A stretch of 64,000 bases of DNA from Parcubacteria group bacterium LiPW_15 (lineage in GTDB: Bacteria > Patescibacteriota > Minisyncoccia > UBA6257 > 2-01-FULL-56-20): positions 209,211-273,210 of the forward strand of contig VMER01000001.1 of NCBI GenBank assembly GCA_007375645.1, given 5' to 3'. The notes beneath the pieces were generated by a model, which was not told the origin of the DNA, did not search any database, and saw only the letters and a list, made by a program, of their open reading frames with translations. Shown one piece after another: positions 39,365 through 47,595 of this stretch. The position numbers were made by a program, and so were the translations under genes. The first letter of the stretch is position 1, and each line of letters starts with the position of its first letter.

Positions 39365-40396
39365 CTATTTAATTAGCATTCCGTCCCCGAAAGAAAATAA
39401 CCTGAATTTTTTCTCTATCGCCAACCGGTAGAGTTCAAAAAGTTTTTTATGACCGAGAAGCGCAGAGACAAGCATAAGCAAGCTGGACCTCGGCACATGA
39501 AAGTTGGTTATCAACCCATCAGAAAATTTTAATCTGTCCCCTTCCTTAATAAATAATTCCGTTTCTCCGAAAAGCTTTTTCAGTTTTCCGCCGACAGAAG
39601 CGGATTCCAAAGTTCGAAGCGCCGTTGTACCCACCGGAATTATCCGTTTTCCATTCTTTTTGGCATCATTAAGCGCCGAAGCGGCTTTCGGACTTATTTC
39701 ATAATATTCCTCATGTAGCTTTCCGGTTTTAAGATTCTCTTCCGTAAGCGGCGCGAAAGTTCCCAAGCCCACATGCAAAGTCACATAAACTATTTTTACT
39801 CCCTCTTTTTTAAGACTATTAAGTAAGCCTTTCGTAAAATGAAGCGATGCGGTCGGCGCGGCTACTGATCCTAAAACTTTTGCGAAAACCGTCTGATATT
39901 CCTCCCGGATCTTCTTTTCCGTTAGCGGAACATTTTTTATATATGGCGGCAGCGGTGTTTCCCCGTATTTTTTGAGCACCGAGTAAATCTCCCTTGCATT
40001 GAATGACGGCCTCAATAGATATTCGCCGTCCTGAACGTCCGTTATCACAAAATATTTCCCGTCAGGCAGAAGTAGTTTTTCTCCCACCTTGAGCTTCTTC
40101 GGCGACAAGGCTTTTATATTCTTTCCGACCGTCTCCAGGTATAGGATTTTAACCACGCCGCCGGTTTCCTTTTTGAGCGGCAACCTCGCCGGCAGAACTT
40201 TCGTATCGTTTAAAACAAGAACCGAACCGACGGGCAAATATTTCCCAAGGTTTTTAAAGGTATCAAAATTAACCGCTTTCGTTTTGCGGTCATAAACCAA
40301 AAGTTTCGCCGAATCCCTGGGGTGCGCGGGTTTGTTGGCCACCGCCTCCGATGGGAATTTATAGTCATACTTTTTTAGAACACTTTCTAGGCTCAT
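39365..40396 (-). CDS. queA: SAM:tRNA ribosyltransferase-isomerase
   Basis: PLPPYI, GSVAAPTASLHFT, LHVGLGTF, TNFH, FSFGDGM motifs. Confidence 0.96.
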   Translation of the reverse strand: MSLESVLKKYDYKFPSEAVANKPAHPRDSAKLLVYDRKTKAVNFDTFKNLGKYLPVGSVLVLNDTKVLPARLPLKKETGGVVKILYLETVGKNIKALSPKKLKVGEKLLLPDGKYFVITDVQDGEYLLRPSFNAREIYSVLKKYGETPLPPYIKNVPLTEKKIREEYQTVFAKVLGSVAAPTASLHFTKGLLNSLKKEGVKIVYVTLHVGLGTFAPLTEENLKTGKLHEEYYEISPKAASALNDAKKNGKRIIPVGTTALRTLESASVGGKLKKLFGETELFIKEGDRLKFSDGLITNFHVPRSSLLMLVSALLGHKKLFELYRLAIEKKFRLFSFGDGMLIK

Positions 40397-41571
40397 ATTT
40401 TCCCTTTCTTTATCTCCTCCCTTATTTTTGCCACAAAATTATTGAAGAAATAAATATTGTGGTACGTGAGGTGTCTAAGCGCGGTCACTTCCTTGGCTTT
40501 AAAAAGATGGGCAATGTAGCTCCTCGAATAATTAGCGCAAACCTCACAATCGCATTTCGGATCCAAGGGTTTTTTGTCTTTTAGATATACACTTTTTGAT
40601 ATATCCAATTTCCCGCCAGCGAACCTGTCCCTCACCAAGCCCCGCGCCGGTGAGTGGATGAACGCAGTTCCGTGCCTCGCATAGCGGGTCGGCACAATAC
40701 AGTCAAAAGTATCCACCCCGGCTCTAATAACGTTTTTTATATCTTCGAGATAACCAATACCGAGTAAATGACGAGGCTTGTTCTCGGGAAGCTCTTCAAA
40801 TGTCCATCTAAGCATATCTGTCATTGCCTTGTTGCCGTCGGTGCCGGAAAATGATCCGCCAATACCGAAACCCTCAAACGGCAAGGAGCCGATGAACTTC
40901 GCGGATTCCTGCCGCAAGTCTTTAAACTTCCCACCCTGCACTATTCCATAAAGCGCCTGCTTCTTATTCTTCTTGGCCCTTAGCGACTCCAAGGCCCAGC
41001 GATGCGTCCGTTCCAAAGATTTCTTGGTGTACTCGTGATTGGCCACGGGCGAAGTACACTCGTCAAAAGCAAAAATTATATCCGCGCCCAAAGCCTCCTG
41101 TATCTTGATGGACCTCTCGGGATTCAAAAATATCTTTCTCCCATCCAAGGGCGATGTGAATTGCACACCATCGTCGGTAATGCGCAAAAGTTTCGGTTGC
41201 TGGCCTTCTACGATCTTTGTGTCGGACTTGGCCTTCAATATCTTCCCCATTCCGTGCTCCCGCCCGAATCCCAAACTGAATACCTGGAACCCTCCGGAGT
41301 CAGTCATTAAGGGATGTTTCCAGTTCATAAATTTGTGAAGTCCGCCCATTTCTTTAACCAATTCTTCGCCTGGCTTCAAATGCAGATGAAAAGTGTTCGC
41401 TATCAAAAGCTGGGTTCCGGCTTTCGCCACCTCCTCCGAGGTCAAAGTTTTGACCGTTCCTTGAGTCGCCACGGGAACCATCGCCGGAGTTTCCACTTCT
41501 CCATGCGGCGTCTTTAAAAGCCCCAGCCGGGCCTTAGACTTTTTGGAACGTTTTAATATTTTAAATTCCAT
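40393..41571 (-). CDS. tgt: Queuine tRNA-ribosyltransferase
   Basis: TDSGGFQVFSL, GIVQGG, DTFDCIVPTR, CDCEVC motifs. Confidence 0.96.
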   Translation of the reverse strand: MEFKILKRSKKSKARLGLLKTPHGEVETPAMVPVATQGTVKTLTSEEVAKAGTQLLIANTFHLHLKPGEELVKEMGGLHKFMNWKHPLMTDSGGFQVFSLGFGREHGMGKILKAKSDTKIVEGQQPKLLRITDDGVQFTSPLDGRKIFLNPERSIKIQEALGADIIFAFDECTSPVANHEYTKKSLERTHRWALESLRAKKNKKQALYGIVQGGKFKDLRQESAKFIGSLPFEGFGIGGSFSGTDGNKAMTDMLRWTFEELPENKPRHLLGIGYLEDIKNVIRAGVDTFDCIVPTRYARHGTAFIHSPARGLVRDRFAGGKLDISKSVYLKDKKPLDPKCDCEVCANYSRSYIAHLFKAKEVTALRHLTYHNIYFFNNFVAKIREEIKKGKI

Positions 41572-41773
41572 AAAAAGATTACTGCGAAATACAACATTTA
41601 ATATCGGGCATTTGGAACCAAAACACAACAGTTTACTTGAATTTAGGCCTATTTACCTTGATTTTCCACCCCATTGACAATCCTAGGATATATGTGGTAT
41701 AATGTCCGAGCAAAGTTAAGTCCATCGAAAACGGCCGAAAGGCCATAAAATCACAAAGAAAGAAGGAAAGAAA

Positions 41774-42268
41774 GTGAAAGCGAACGAGATCCAGATCCGC
41801 ATCCCCGCCCTCCCGAAGCTCTCCGAACAGGATATCTGTTCTCGCTGGGGATTCACGAACGTCCTGAAGGACGATTCTCCGGAAGGAGAGGTGATCCTCA
41901 CCCTCACGACCGTCCTCCGGGACGGCGAGAACTCCCTCTCCGACAATGAGTACGAGACCCGCATCGAGAAGGTCGAGGGAAAGCTCGGACTCAGCCAGGC
42001 CCTCTGGCTCGTCGAACATCCGCTTCCGGCGTGTGGGTTCGAAGACGATGACCGCTGGATGCTCGAGCTCTTCATCTCCCCCGACCGGTACGCGACGAAG
42101 AAGATGCACATCTACTTCCCGGCAACGGTCGCGAGGAGCCTGATCAGCAACGGCAACCCGGAAGTTCCGTCTCTGTGCATGGATAGACACAACATGCTGC
42201 TGAGCCTGAGCTGGGATGTGTACGATCTCGATCCCAGCGATCCCATCGCCATCGCCAAGCCGGCCTGA
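41774..42268 (+). CDS. Hypothetical protein
   Basis: TTGACA/TGgTATAAT promoter at 41674-41703; cassette-type codon usage. Confidence 0.7.
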   Translation: MKANEIQIRIPALPKLSEQDICSRWGFTNVLKDDSPEGEVILTLTTVLRDGENSLSDNEYETRIEKVEGKLGLSQALWLVEHPLPACGFEDDDRWMLELFISPDRYATKKMHIYFPATVARSLISNGNPEVPSLCMDRHNMLLSLSWDVYDLDPSDPIAIAKPA

Positions 42269-42361
42269 CCCATCTTTCTCCCTCAGCACCTTCGCCCCGT
42301 ATGAAGCAAAAACTTCGCGGGGCGTCACCAAATCGTGAAAGCTCGAAAGAAGGAGAACCAT

Positions 42362-42514
42362 ATGCTCGAATTCCTGTACGTTTACGCGACGATCGGGATT
42401 GCCGCCTTTGGCGGATTCTTGGTCAAGGAGAAGCAGAACAGGACGCTCGGAGTCATCTGCCTCAGCGCCGCCAGCGCCCTGGGCGTGGTGCTCGTGGTCG
42501 CCCTCGTACAGTAG
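42362..42514 (+). CDS. Small two-TM membrane protein (50 aa, not in the ORF track)
   Basis: AGGAG SD; MLEFLYVYATIGIAAFGGFLVKEKQNRTLGVICLSAASALGVVLVVALVQ*. Confidence 0.65.
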   Translation: MLEFLYVYATIGIAAFGGFLVKEKQNRTLGVICLSAASALGVVLVVALVQ

Positions 42515-42577
42515 TTCCTGCCCCGCCCCAGCACCTTCGCCCCGTATGAAGTTTAGAAACTTCAGCGGGGCGCTTTT

Positions 42578-42835
42578 TTATTTTAAATATCCCTCCGCTC
42601 TGAGCAGTGCCCGCTTCTCACCCAAATTTCCGTTATACCCACCAAGCTTTCCGCTCGAAAGGATTACCCTATGACAGGGCACGTTCTTGTCATGATTATT
42701 TTTCATGATCATCCCCACGGCTCTTGCCGCTCTAAAGTTCCCGGCCTTCGCCGCCACCTGCTTGTAACTCAAAACCTTTCCTCGCGGAATCTTTTTCACT
42801 ACTTCCAAAACCTTTTTTCTAAAATTGTCTTCCAT
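42578..42835 (-). CDS. MGMT-family methylated-DNA--protein-cysteine methyltransferase (short)
   Basis: IPRGKVLSY, ARAVG, VPCHRV motifs. Confidence 0.9.
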   Translation of the reverse strand: MEDNFRKKVLEVVKKIPRGKVLSYKQVAAKAGNFRAARAVGMIMKNNHDKNVPCHRVILSSGKLGGYNGNLGEKRALLRAEGYLK

Positions 42836-42848
42836 CTGTTTTTTTAAA

Positions 42849-42896
42849 TCCCGTTAGAGGTAGGAAACTTTTAGTTTCCGCAAGCTCTAACCGGGA
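42849..42896. repeat. Short palindromic element (copy 1)
   Basis: tcccgttagaggtaggaaacttttagtttccgcaagctctaaccggga; near-identical to 44219-44265. Confidence 0.8.
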
Positions 42897-42907
42897 CTAC
42901 TTACGAC

Positions 42908-43576
42908 CTACTGCTTACCACTCATTGATTTCGCCGCCTTCTCCGGAGTCATGGAATTTTCCCTTGTAAACTCCCCCACCCGGGTGCGTTCCAGATCGGC
43001 CAAATATGCACCTCCCACACCTAATTTTGCCCCTATATCCCTCGCTAAGCTCCTTATATAAGCCCCTGGGCCGGTTTCAACCCGAAGCGTAAGAATGGGC
43101 CATTCGTAGTCCAAAACCTCTATATCTTTGATTTCTATAGGCCTTGCTTTTAGCTCCACATTTTTGCCTTTGCGAGCCAAGGAATAGGCGGTCTGACCTC
43201 CGACTTTGAGGGCGCTATAGATCGGCGGAGTTTGCATAATAGTGCCAATAAAAGTTTTCGCTGCTTCTTCTACATTTTCGCGAGTCGGAATTTGCGTTAC
43301 ATGATGTTCTGTCTTCTCGCCTTCTTCATCATCGGTCGTGCTGGTTTTCCCCAGATAAACTTTGGCGATATATTCTTTTTCTTTCCCGACAATTTCTCCG
43401 AGTTTTTTTGTCGCTTCCCGACCGATGCCGATCACCAAAACTCCGCTCGCAAGCGGGTCCAGTGTTCCCGCGTGGCCAATCCCCTTCCTTTGCCCCAGCG
43501 CTTTTTGAATGCCCCTAATAATATCAAATGATGTCGGTCCTTTCGGTTTATATATAGAAAATATCTTATCTTGCAT
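42908..43576 (-). CDS. truB: tRNA pseudouridine(55) synthase
   Basis: GHAGTLDPLASG, PPIYSALK, GAYIRSLARD motifs. Confidence 0.96.
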   Translation of the reverse strand: MQDKIFSIYKPKGPTSFDIIRGIQKALGQRKGIGHAGTLDPLASGVLVIGIGREATKKLGEIVGKEKEYIAKVYLGKTSTTDDEEGEKTEHHVTQIPTRENVEEAAKTFIGTIMQTPPIYSALKVGGQTAYSLARKGKNVELKARPIEIKDIEVLDYEWPILTLRVETGPGAYIRSLARDIGAKLGVGGAYLADLERTRVGEFTRENSMTPEKAAKSMSGKQ

Positions 43577-44210
43577 ATTTGGTTAAGGGACACTTCGCGT
43601 GCTCATGCACCCTAGCCGGGCAATACTGCCGGCCATAATCTATCAAACGATAATTGAAATCAAACCAGTCCTTTTTTGGAATAATTTCTTTGAGGTCCTT
43701 CTCAATTTTTTCTGGATTTTTGTTTTTCGTAAGTCCTAGTTTCTGCGACAAGCGGATAACGTGCGTATCGACTGCGATACCGACCACTATATCGTAGGCA
43801 TTCGCGAGAATCACATTCGCGCTCTTCCGGCCTATACCGGGAATCGTGAGCATCTCCTCCATAGTCTTTGGAATCTTCCCGCCAAACTTTTCTTTAACAA
43901 CCTTTGCCGCGGCCAGAATATTTTTCGCCTTGTTACGATAAAAACCGGTTGGCTTAATATCTTGTTCAAACTCCCCTGGATTTGCCCTCAAGTAGTCGCT
44001 TAACTTCGGATATTTCTTAAAAAGCGCGGGGGTCACCTCATTCACCTTTTTATCCGTGCACTGGGCGGACAGAACAACCGCGACCAACAATTGCCATGGA
44101 TCGCCAAAATCCAAAGCTATTTTTGACTTAGGCAAAAGCTTCTTAAGCGCTGCGACAATTTTCCGCGCCCTCGTCTTTCTAGTTTTTAATTCCGGATTAT
44201 CTTTATTCAT
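43566..44210 (-). CDS. nth: Endonuclease III
   Basis: LSAQCTD, HhH PGIGRKSAN, AVDTHV motifs. Confidence 0.93.
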   Translation of the reverse strand: MNKDNPELKTRKTRARKIVAALKKLLPKSKIALDFGDPWQLLVAVVLSAQCTDKKVNEVTPALFKKYPKLSDYLRANPGEFEQDIKPTGFYRNKAKNILAAAKVVKEKFGGKIPKTMEEMLTIPGIGRKSANVILANAYDIVVGIAVDTHVIRLSQKLGLTKNKNPEKIEKDLKEIIPKKDWFDFNYRLIDYGRQYCPARVHEHAKCPLTKYAR

Positions 44211-44218
44211 TTTTTTAA

Positions 44219-44265
44219 TCCCGCTAGAGGTAGGAAACTTTCAGTTTCCGCGAACTCTAAGCGGA
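44219..44265. repeat. Short palindromic element (copy 2)
   Basis: tcccgctagaggtaggaaactttcagtttccgcgaactctaagcgga. Confidence 0.8.
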
Positions 44266-44266
44266 G

Positions 44267-44608
44267 CTATTTTATCCCACTTCCCGGTGTCGCTTCCCTG
44301 TCGGGACACAAAAGCGCAATTCCCGTCTCATCGCTCGCGGCCAAAAGCATTCCGTTGGATTCCTGGCCCATTAGCGCCCTGGGCTCCAAGTTGGCGACAA
44401 TAACAATTTCTTTCCCCACCAACTGTTCCGGCTCATAAAACTTGCCGATACCTCCCAATATCTGCCGGTTGACCGGGTTCCCGGCTTCGTCTTTGTCGCC
44501 GGCGGAGAGCTGCATTTTTATAAGCTTCTCCGAGCCCTCCACCCGCACGGCTTCGAGCACCTTCGCGACCCTTAATTCAATCTTTGAAAAATCGTCATAA
44601 TTTATCAT
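44267..44608 (-). CDS. tRNA-binding OB-fold protein (MetRS C-terminal/Trbp111/CsaA-like)
   Basis: DDFSKIELRVAKV, ANLEPR.LMG.ESNGMLLAA motifs. Confidence 0.9.
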   Translation of the reverse strand: MINYDDFSKIELRVAKVLEAVRVEGSEKLIKMQLSAGDKDEAGNPVNRQILGGIGKFYEPEQLVGKEIVIVANLEPRALMGQESNGMLLAASDETGIALLCPDREATPGSGIK

Positions 44609-44610
44609 TT

Positions 44611-45354
44611 TTATATTCTACATTGAATAATCCCGTATCTCCACTTCCCGTATTGATCTTTTTTAGGCTCAAATCTATATGCCAATTTATGGCAAATCGC
44701 AGCGATCTTTTCTTTTTCGGGAGAATCGAATTCCATCCAAATCTCCCCTCCCGGCAAAAGATGCTCCTTTGCCACCGCCAAAAACCTTTTAATAAAATAA
44801 AGCCCGTCCTTCCCGCCCCAAAGTGAAGATTTTTTCTCGTATTTTAAGACCGACGAATTCACCTTATTTTTTCGCGCCAAAGGGATATATGGCGGGTTGG
44901 CAAGAATAAAATCGTATTTGCCTTTTATGTTCTTAAATATATCCGATTCAATAACTTTTGATTTTCTGTTTTTCAGATCATTCAGCTTTAAGTTATAAAT
45001 TATTTGTTTGATAAGTTCCGGCTCATATTCGCCGAAATCCACCTTTGCGGTCCTCAAGTGTTTTAGAACGGCAATACCTATGGCCCCGGAACCGGAGAAA
45101 ATATCCAAAACTTTTGCGCTCTTTCGTTTCCCCATCTCTTTAATCGCAAGCTCCGCCCAATACTCCGTTTCCGGCCTGGGTATCAGAGGTTTGTAACGCA
45201 GATCTATCACGCATTTCAAAAACGGCGCCCAGCCGATAACAAAATCCAACGGCTCCCCTTTTTCGATCCGCACCGCGTCTTTTATAAATTCTTTTTGCCA
45301 GTCCCCCTTATATTTGTCCCGCAGAAGAAATTGTAAATCCCGTTTTGCGCTCAT
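44611..45354 (-). CDS. prmC: Release factor glutamine methyltransferase (HemK family)
   Basis: LIPRPETE, LDIFSGSG, NPPY motifs. Confidence 0.9.
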   Translation of the reverse strand: MSAKRDLQFLLRDKYKGDWQKEFIKDAVRIEKGEPLDFVIGWAPFLKCVIDLRYKPLIPRPETEYWAELAIKEMGKRKSAKVLDIFSGSGAIGIAVLKHLRTAKVDFGEYEPELIKQIIYNLKLNDLKNRKSKVIESDIFKNIKGKYDFILANPPYIPLARKNKVNSSVLKYEKKSSLWGGKDGLYFIKRFLAVAKEHLLPGGEIWMEFDSPEKEKIAAICHKLAYRFEPKKDQYGKWRYGIIQCRI

Positions 45355-45887
45355 CCTTTTAGCTCGATCTTTTTTAAAATTTCGTATTCCGCCCCGGAGT
45401 GATGTAGTTTGGATTCGTAAAGCACCACGAAGTTAACTTCCATTTCCCAATCAACATTCTCGTCCAGTTCCTTTGTGGGCATTTTCCCAAAATCTTCTTC
45501 CTTAAATCTGGCGATGGTGAGATGCGGACTATACGGCCGAACTTCCGGCTTCTGTCCAAAAACCGCTTCTGCCACGGCCTTAAGACGGAGCATTCCTTCC
45601 TTATCGTAGTCCTCACCCATAGTCCAAATAAGCCGAGGCCGTTTCGAACTGGTTCCGAAAGTAATTTTTTTGAACTTAATATTAAAAGGCTTCACGGCGG
45701 TCGCTATGTCGTCCAATTGGCCGACCGCACAATCCGAATTCTCTGCATACCATGGCGGCACGAGAGTTATATGTAGGCCCGTTCCCGAAACAAAACGCAG
45801 CGGCCAGTCTTTATGACTTTCCGCCCATTTGCCGATTTTTTCCCTTAACTCTTCCGAAATGGGAATGCCAACAAAAACCCTTATCAT
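45351..45887 (-). CDS. thpR: RNA 2',3'-cyclic phosphodiesterase (2H family)
   Basis: Two HxT motifs (LHITL, PHLTIAR); YESKL..SGA.Y. Confidence 0.88.
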   Translation of the reverse strand: MIRVFVGIPISEELREKIGKWAESHKDWPLRFVSGTGLHITLVPPWYAENSDCAVGQLDDIATAVKPFNIKFKKITFGTSSKRPRLIWTMGEDYDKEGMLRLKAVAEAVFGQKPEVRPYSPHLTIARFKEEDFGKMPTKELDENVDWEMEVNFVVLYESKLHHSGAEYEILKKIELKG

Positions 45888-46058
45888 CTAAAGACCAAGC
45901 TTAAGGATGTAGGCGGCTAGGAACCAAAATATGCTCGCTAGAATTACCCCGGCAATAAATCCTGAGAGAGACGAAGCCAAAAGCTTTCCCAATTTAAACC
46001 GGAATGACCTTTTTTCGTGGGAGACAAAATCGTCCACGACCCCATCATTTTTATCCAT
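45888..46058 (-). CDS. Small membrane protein (56 aa, not in the ORF track)
   Basis: MDKNDGVVDDFVSHEKRSFRFKLGKLLASSLSGFIAGVILASIFWFLAAYILKLGL*; stop abuts the thpR ATG. Confidence 0.6.
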   Translation of the reverse strand: MDKNDGVVDDFVSHEKRSFRFKLGKLLASSLSGFIAGVILASIFWFLAAYILKLGL

Positions 46059-46088
46059 ACAGTCATAATACCATATACGCGCTGTCTT

Positions 46089-46798
46089 CTATTGCCGCCC
46101 GAGATTAAAGATTATTTCGTGCGTCGCGGTTATTGCCGCTGTTTCCGCCCTGAGGGTAAGGGTTCCAAGCCCCGCAAGAGTGAATTTTGCCGCCTTCGCG
46201 GACTCAACCTCAAAGTCATCAAAGCCTCCCTCCGGACCGATAAAAATGCCGATTTTTTTATCCTTATAATCGGGTTTTAATTCCAAGGATTTCCCGCCTA
46301 GGGTGAAAAAAAGTTAACGTCATTCTCCTTTGCTTCGGCCACGGCTTTCTTGAATTCCAATTCTTCGCCCAGGATCGGCAAAACACTCCTTCCGGATTGT
46401 TCCGCGGCCTCTTTCATTATTTTCTCCAGCCTCTCCCTTTTAAGGCCGAATTTGACCGTCCTCCTGGTTACAACCGGCACAATTTTCGAAACACCTATCT
46501 CCACGCATTTTTGAACGGCCAGATCGAAATTCTCTTTTTTTAAGATGGAAAGATAGAGCGTGGTTTTTACCGTCGGATCGCCCATTCCCGCCCGGCCCTC
46601 CAAAATGGAGACCTCCACGGCATCTTTATCGTAAGAAACTATTTCCGCGTCTGCTTCCCTTCCCTGCCCGTCGCTCAAAATTATCTTTTCTCCCGGCTCA
46701 AGGCGCAAAACGCCGCTCACTTGTTTTACAAGTTCTTTGTCCGCTATCCAAAATCTTTTCTCCCCCAAAGGAAAGTTGCCGATAAATCTATGTGCCAT
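46089..46798 (-). pseudogene. rsmE: 16S rRNA m3U1498 methyltransferase RsmE, frameshifted at a T7 run
   Basis: N-part (VLRL..GE, EAAEQSGR) and C-part (IGPEGGF, LRAETA) lie in different frames joined at 46306-46312. Confidence 0.85.
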
Positions 46799-46839
46799 AA
46801 ATTAGTAAATAGTAGTTAGTGAATAGTAGATAGAAAAAA

Positions 46840-47595
46840 TTAAAACTTTTTTACACACACATACAGAAATAGCGGAATCTCTTTGCGAGCCTTATTTTCG
46901 GCTTTTGCACGAGGCCCGGGTTGGCTCACCTTGCCCGAATTCCATTCCTCAAGCTTGGTAACGGCGAGTCTAAGCTTTGAAAATATCTTGAAGTAATACT
47001 GCAACGGCCGATGAAACGAAACGGTAAACAAGTCTGGCGCATCGCCGGGGTGCATCTGTATTTTATTTTTTGATTCCGAAAGGTATTCGTCGATCCGCCT
47101 ATACTGAATTTTGTTTTCGTCATCGTATCCCCAGGAGGTTACCTTCGGGTTACGAAAAACCGGATGATTCATAACCAGATGAAGGCTGCCGCCGACCTTC
47201 AATATCCTGGCACATTCACTCAAGACTTTATCCACGCTCTCAATGTTCTGCAAAGCAAGCACAATGACAATCTTATTTATGCTAGCGTTTTTTATAAAAG
47301 GTAAAGATTCGGCGTTGGAAACCTGAAATTCCCCTTCCGGGGCTGATTCCCTAGCAACACCGATCAACTCAGAAGATATATCTATCCCTAGAACTTTCGC
47401 GCCTGCTTTGATAAATTCCTTGCTGAAAAACCCCGGCCCGCAAGCCAGGTCCAAAATCTTATCTCCGCGCTTAATATCCATGAGCCGCAAAAGATTCGGG
47501 AGTATGACCTCTTTTTGATAAGTCCCCTCCCCGGAAAGGAGTTTCTCATACCACTTGGCCACCCCGCCCCAAGAAGTCTTATTTCTTTCTTCCAT
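46840..47595 (-). CDS. Class I SAM-dependent methyltransferase
   Basis: ILDLACGPG, GIDIS, SFHRPL motifs. Confidence 0.88.
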   Translation of the reverse strand: MEERNKTSWGGVAKWYEKLLSGEGTYQKEVILPNLLRLMDIKRGDKILDLACGPGFFSKEFIKAGAKVLGIDISSELIGVARESAPEGEFQVSNAESLPFIKNASINKIVIVLALQNIESVDKVLSECARILKVGGSLHLVMNHPVFRNPKVTSWGYDDENKIQYRRIDEYLSESKNKIQMHPGDAPDLFTVSFHRPLQYYFKIFSKLRLAVTKLEEWNSGKVSQPGPRAKAENKARKEIPLFLYVCVKKF

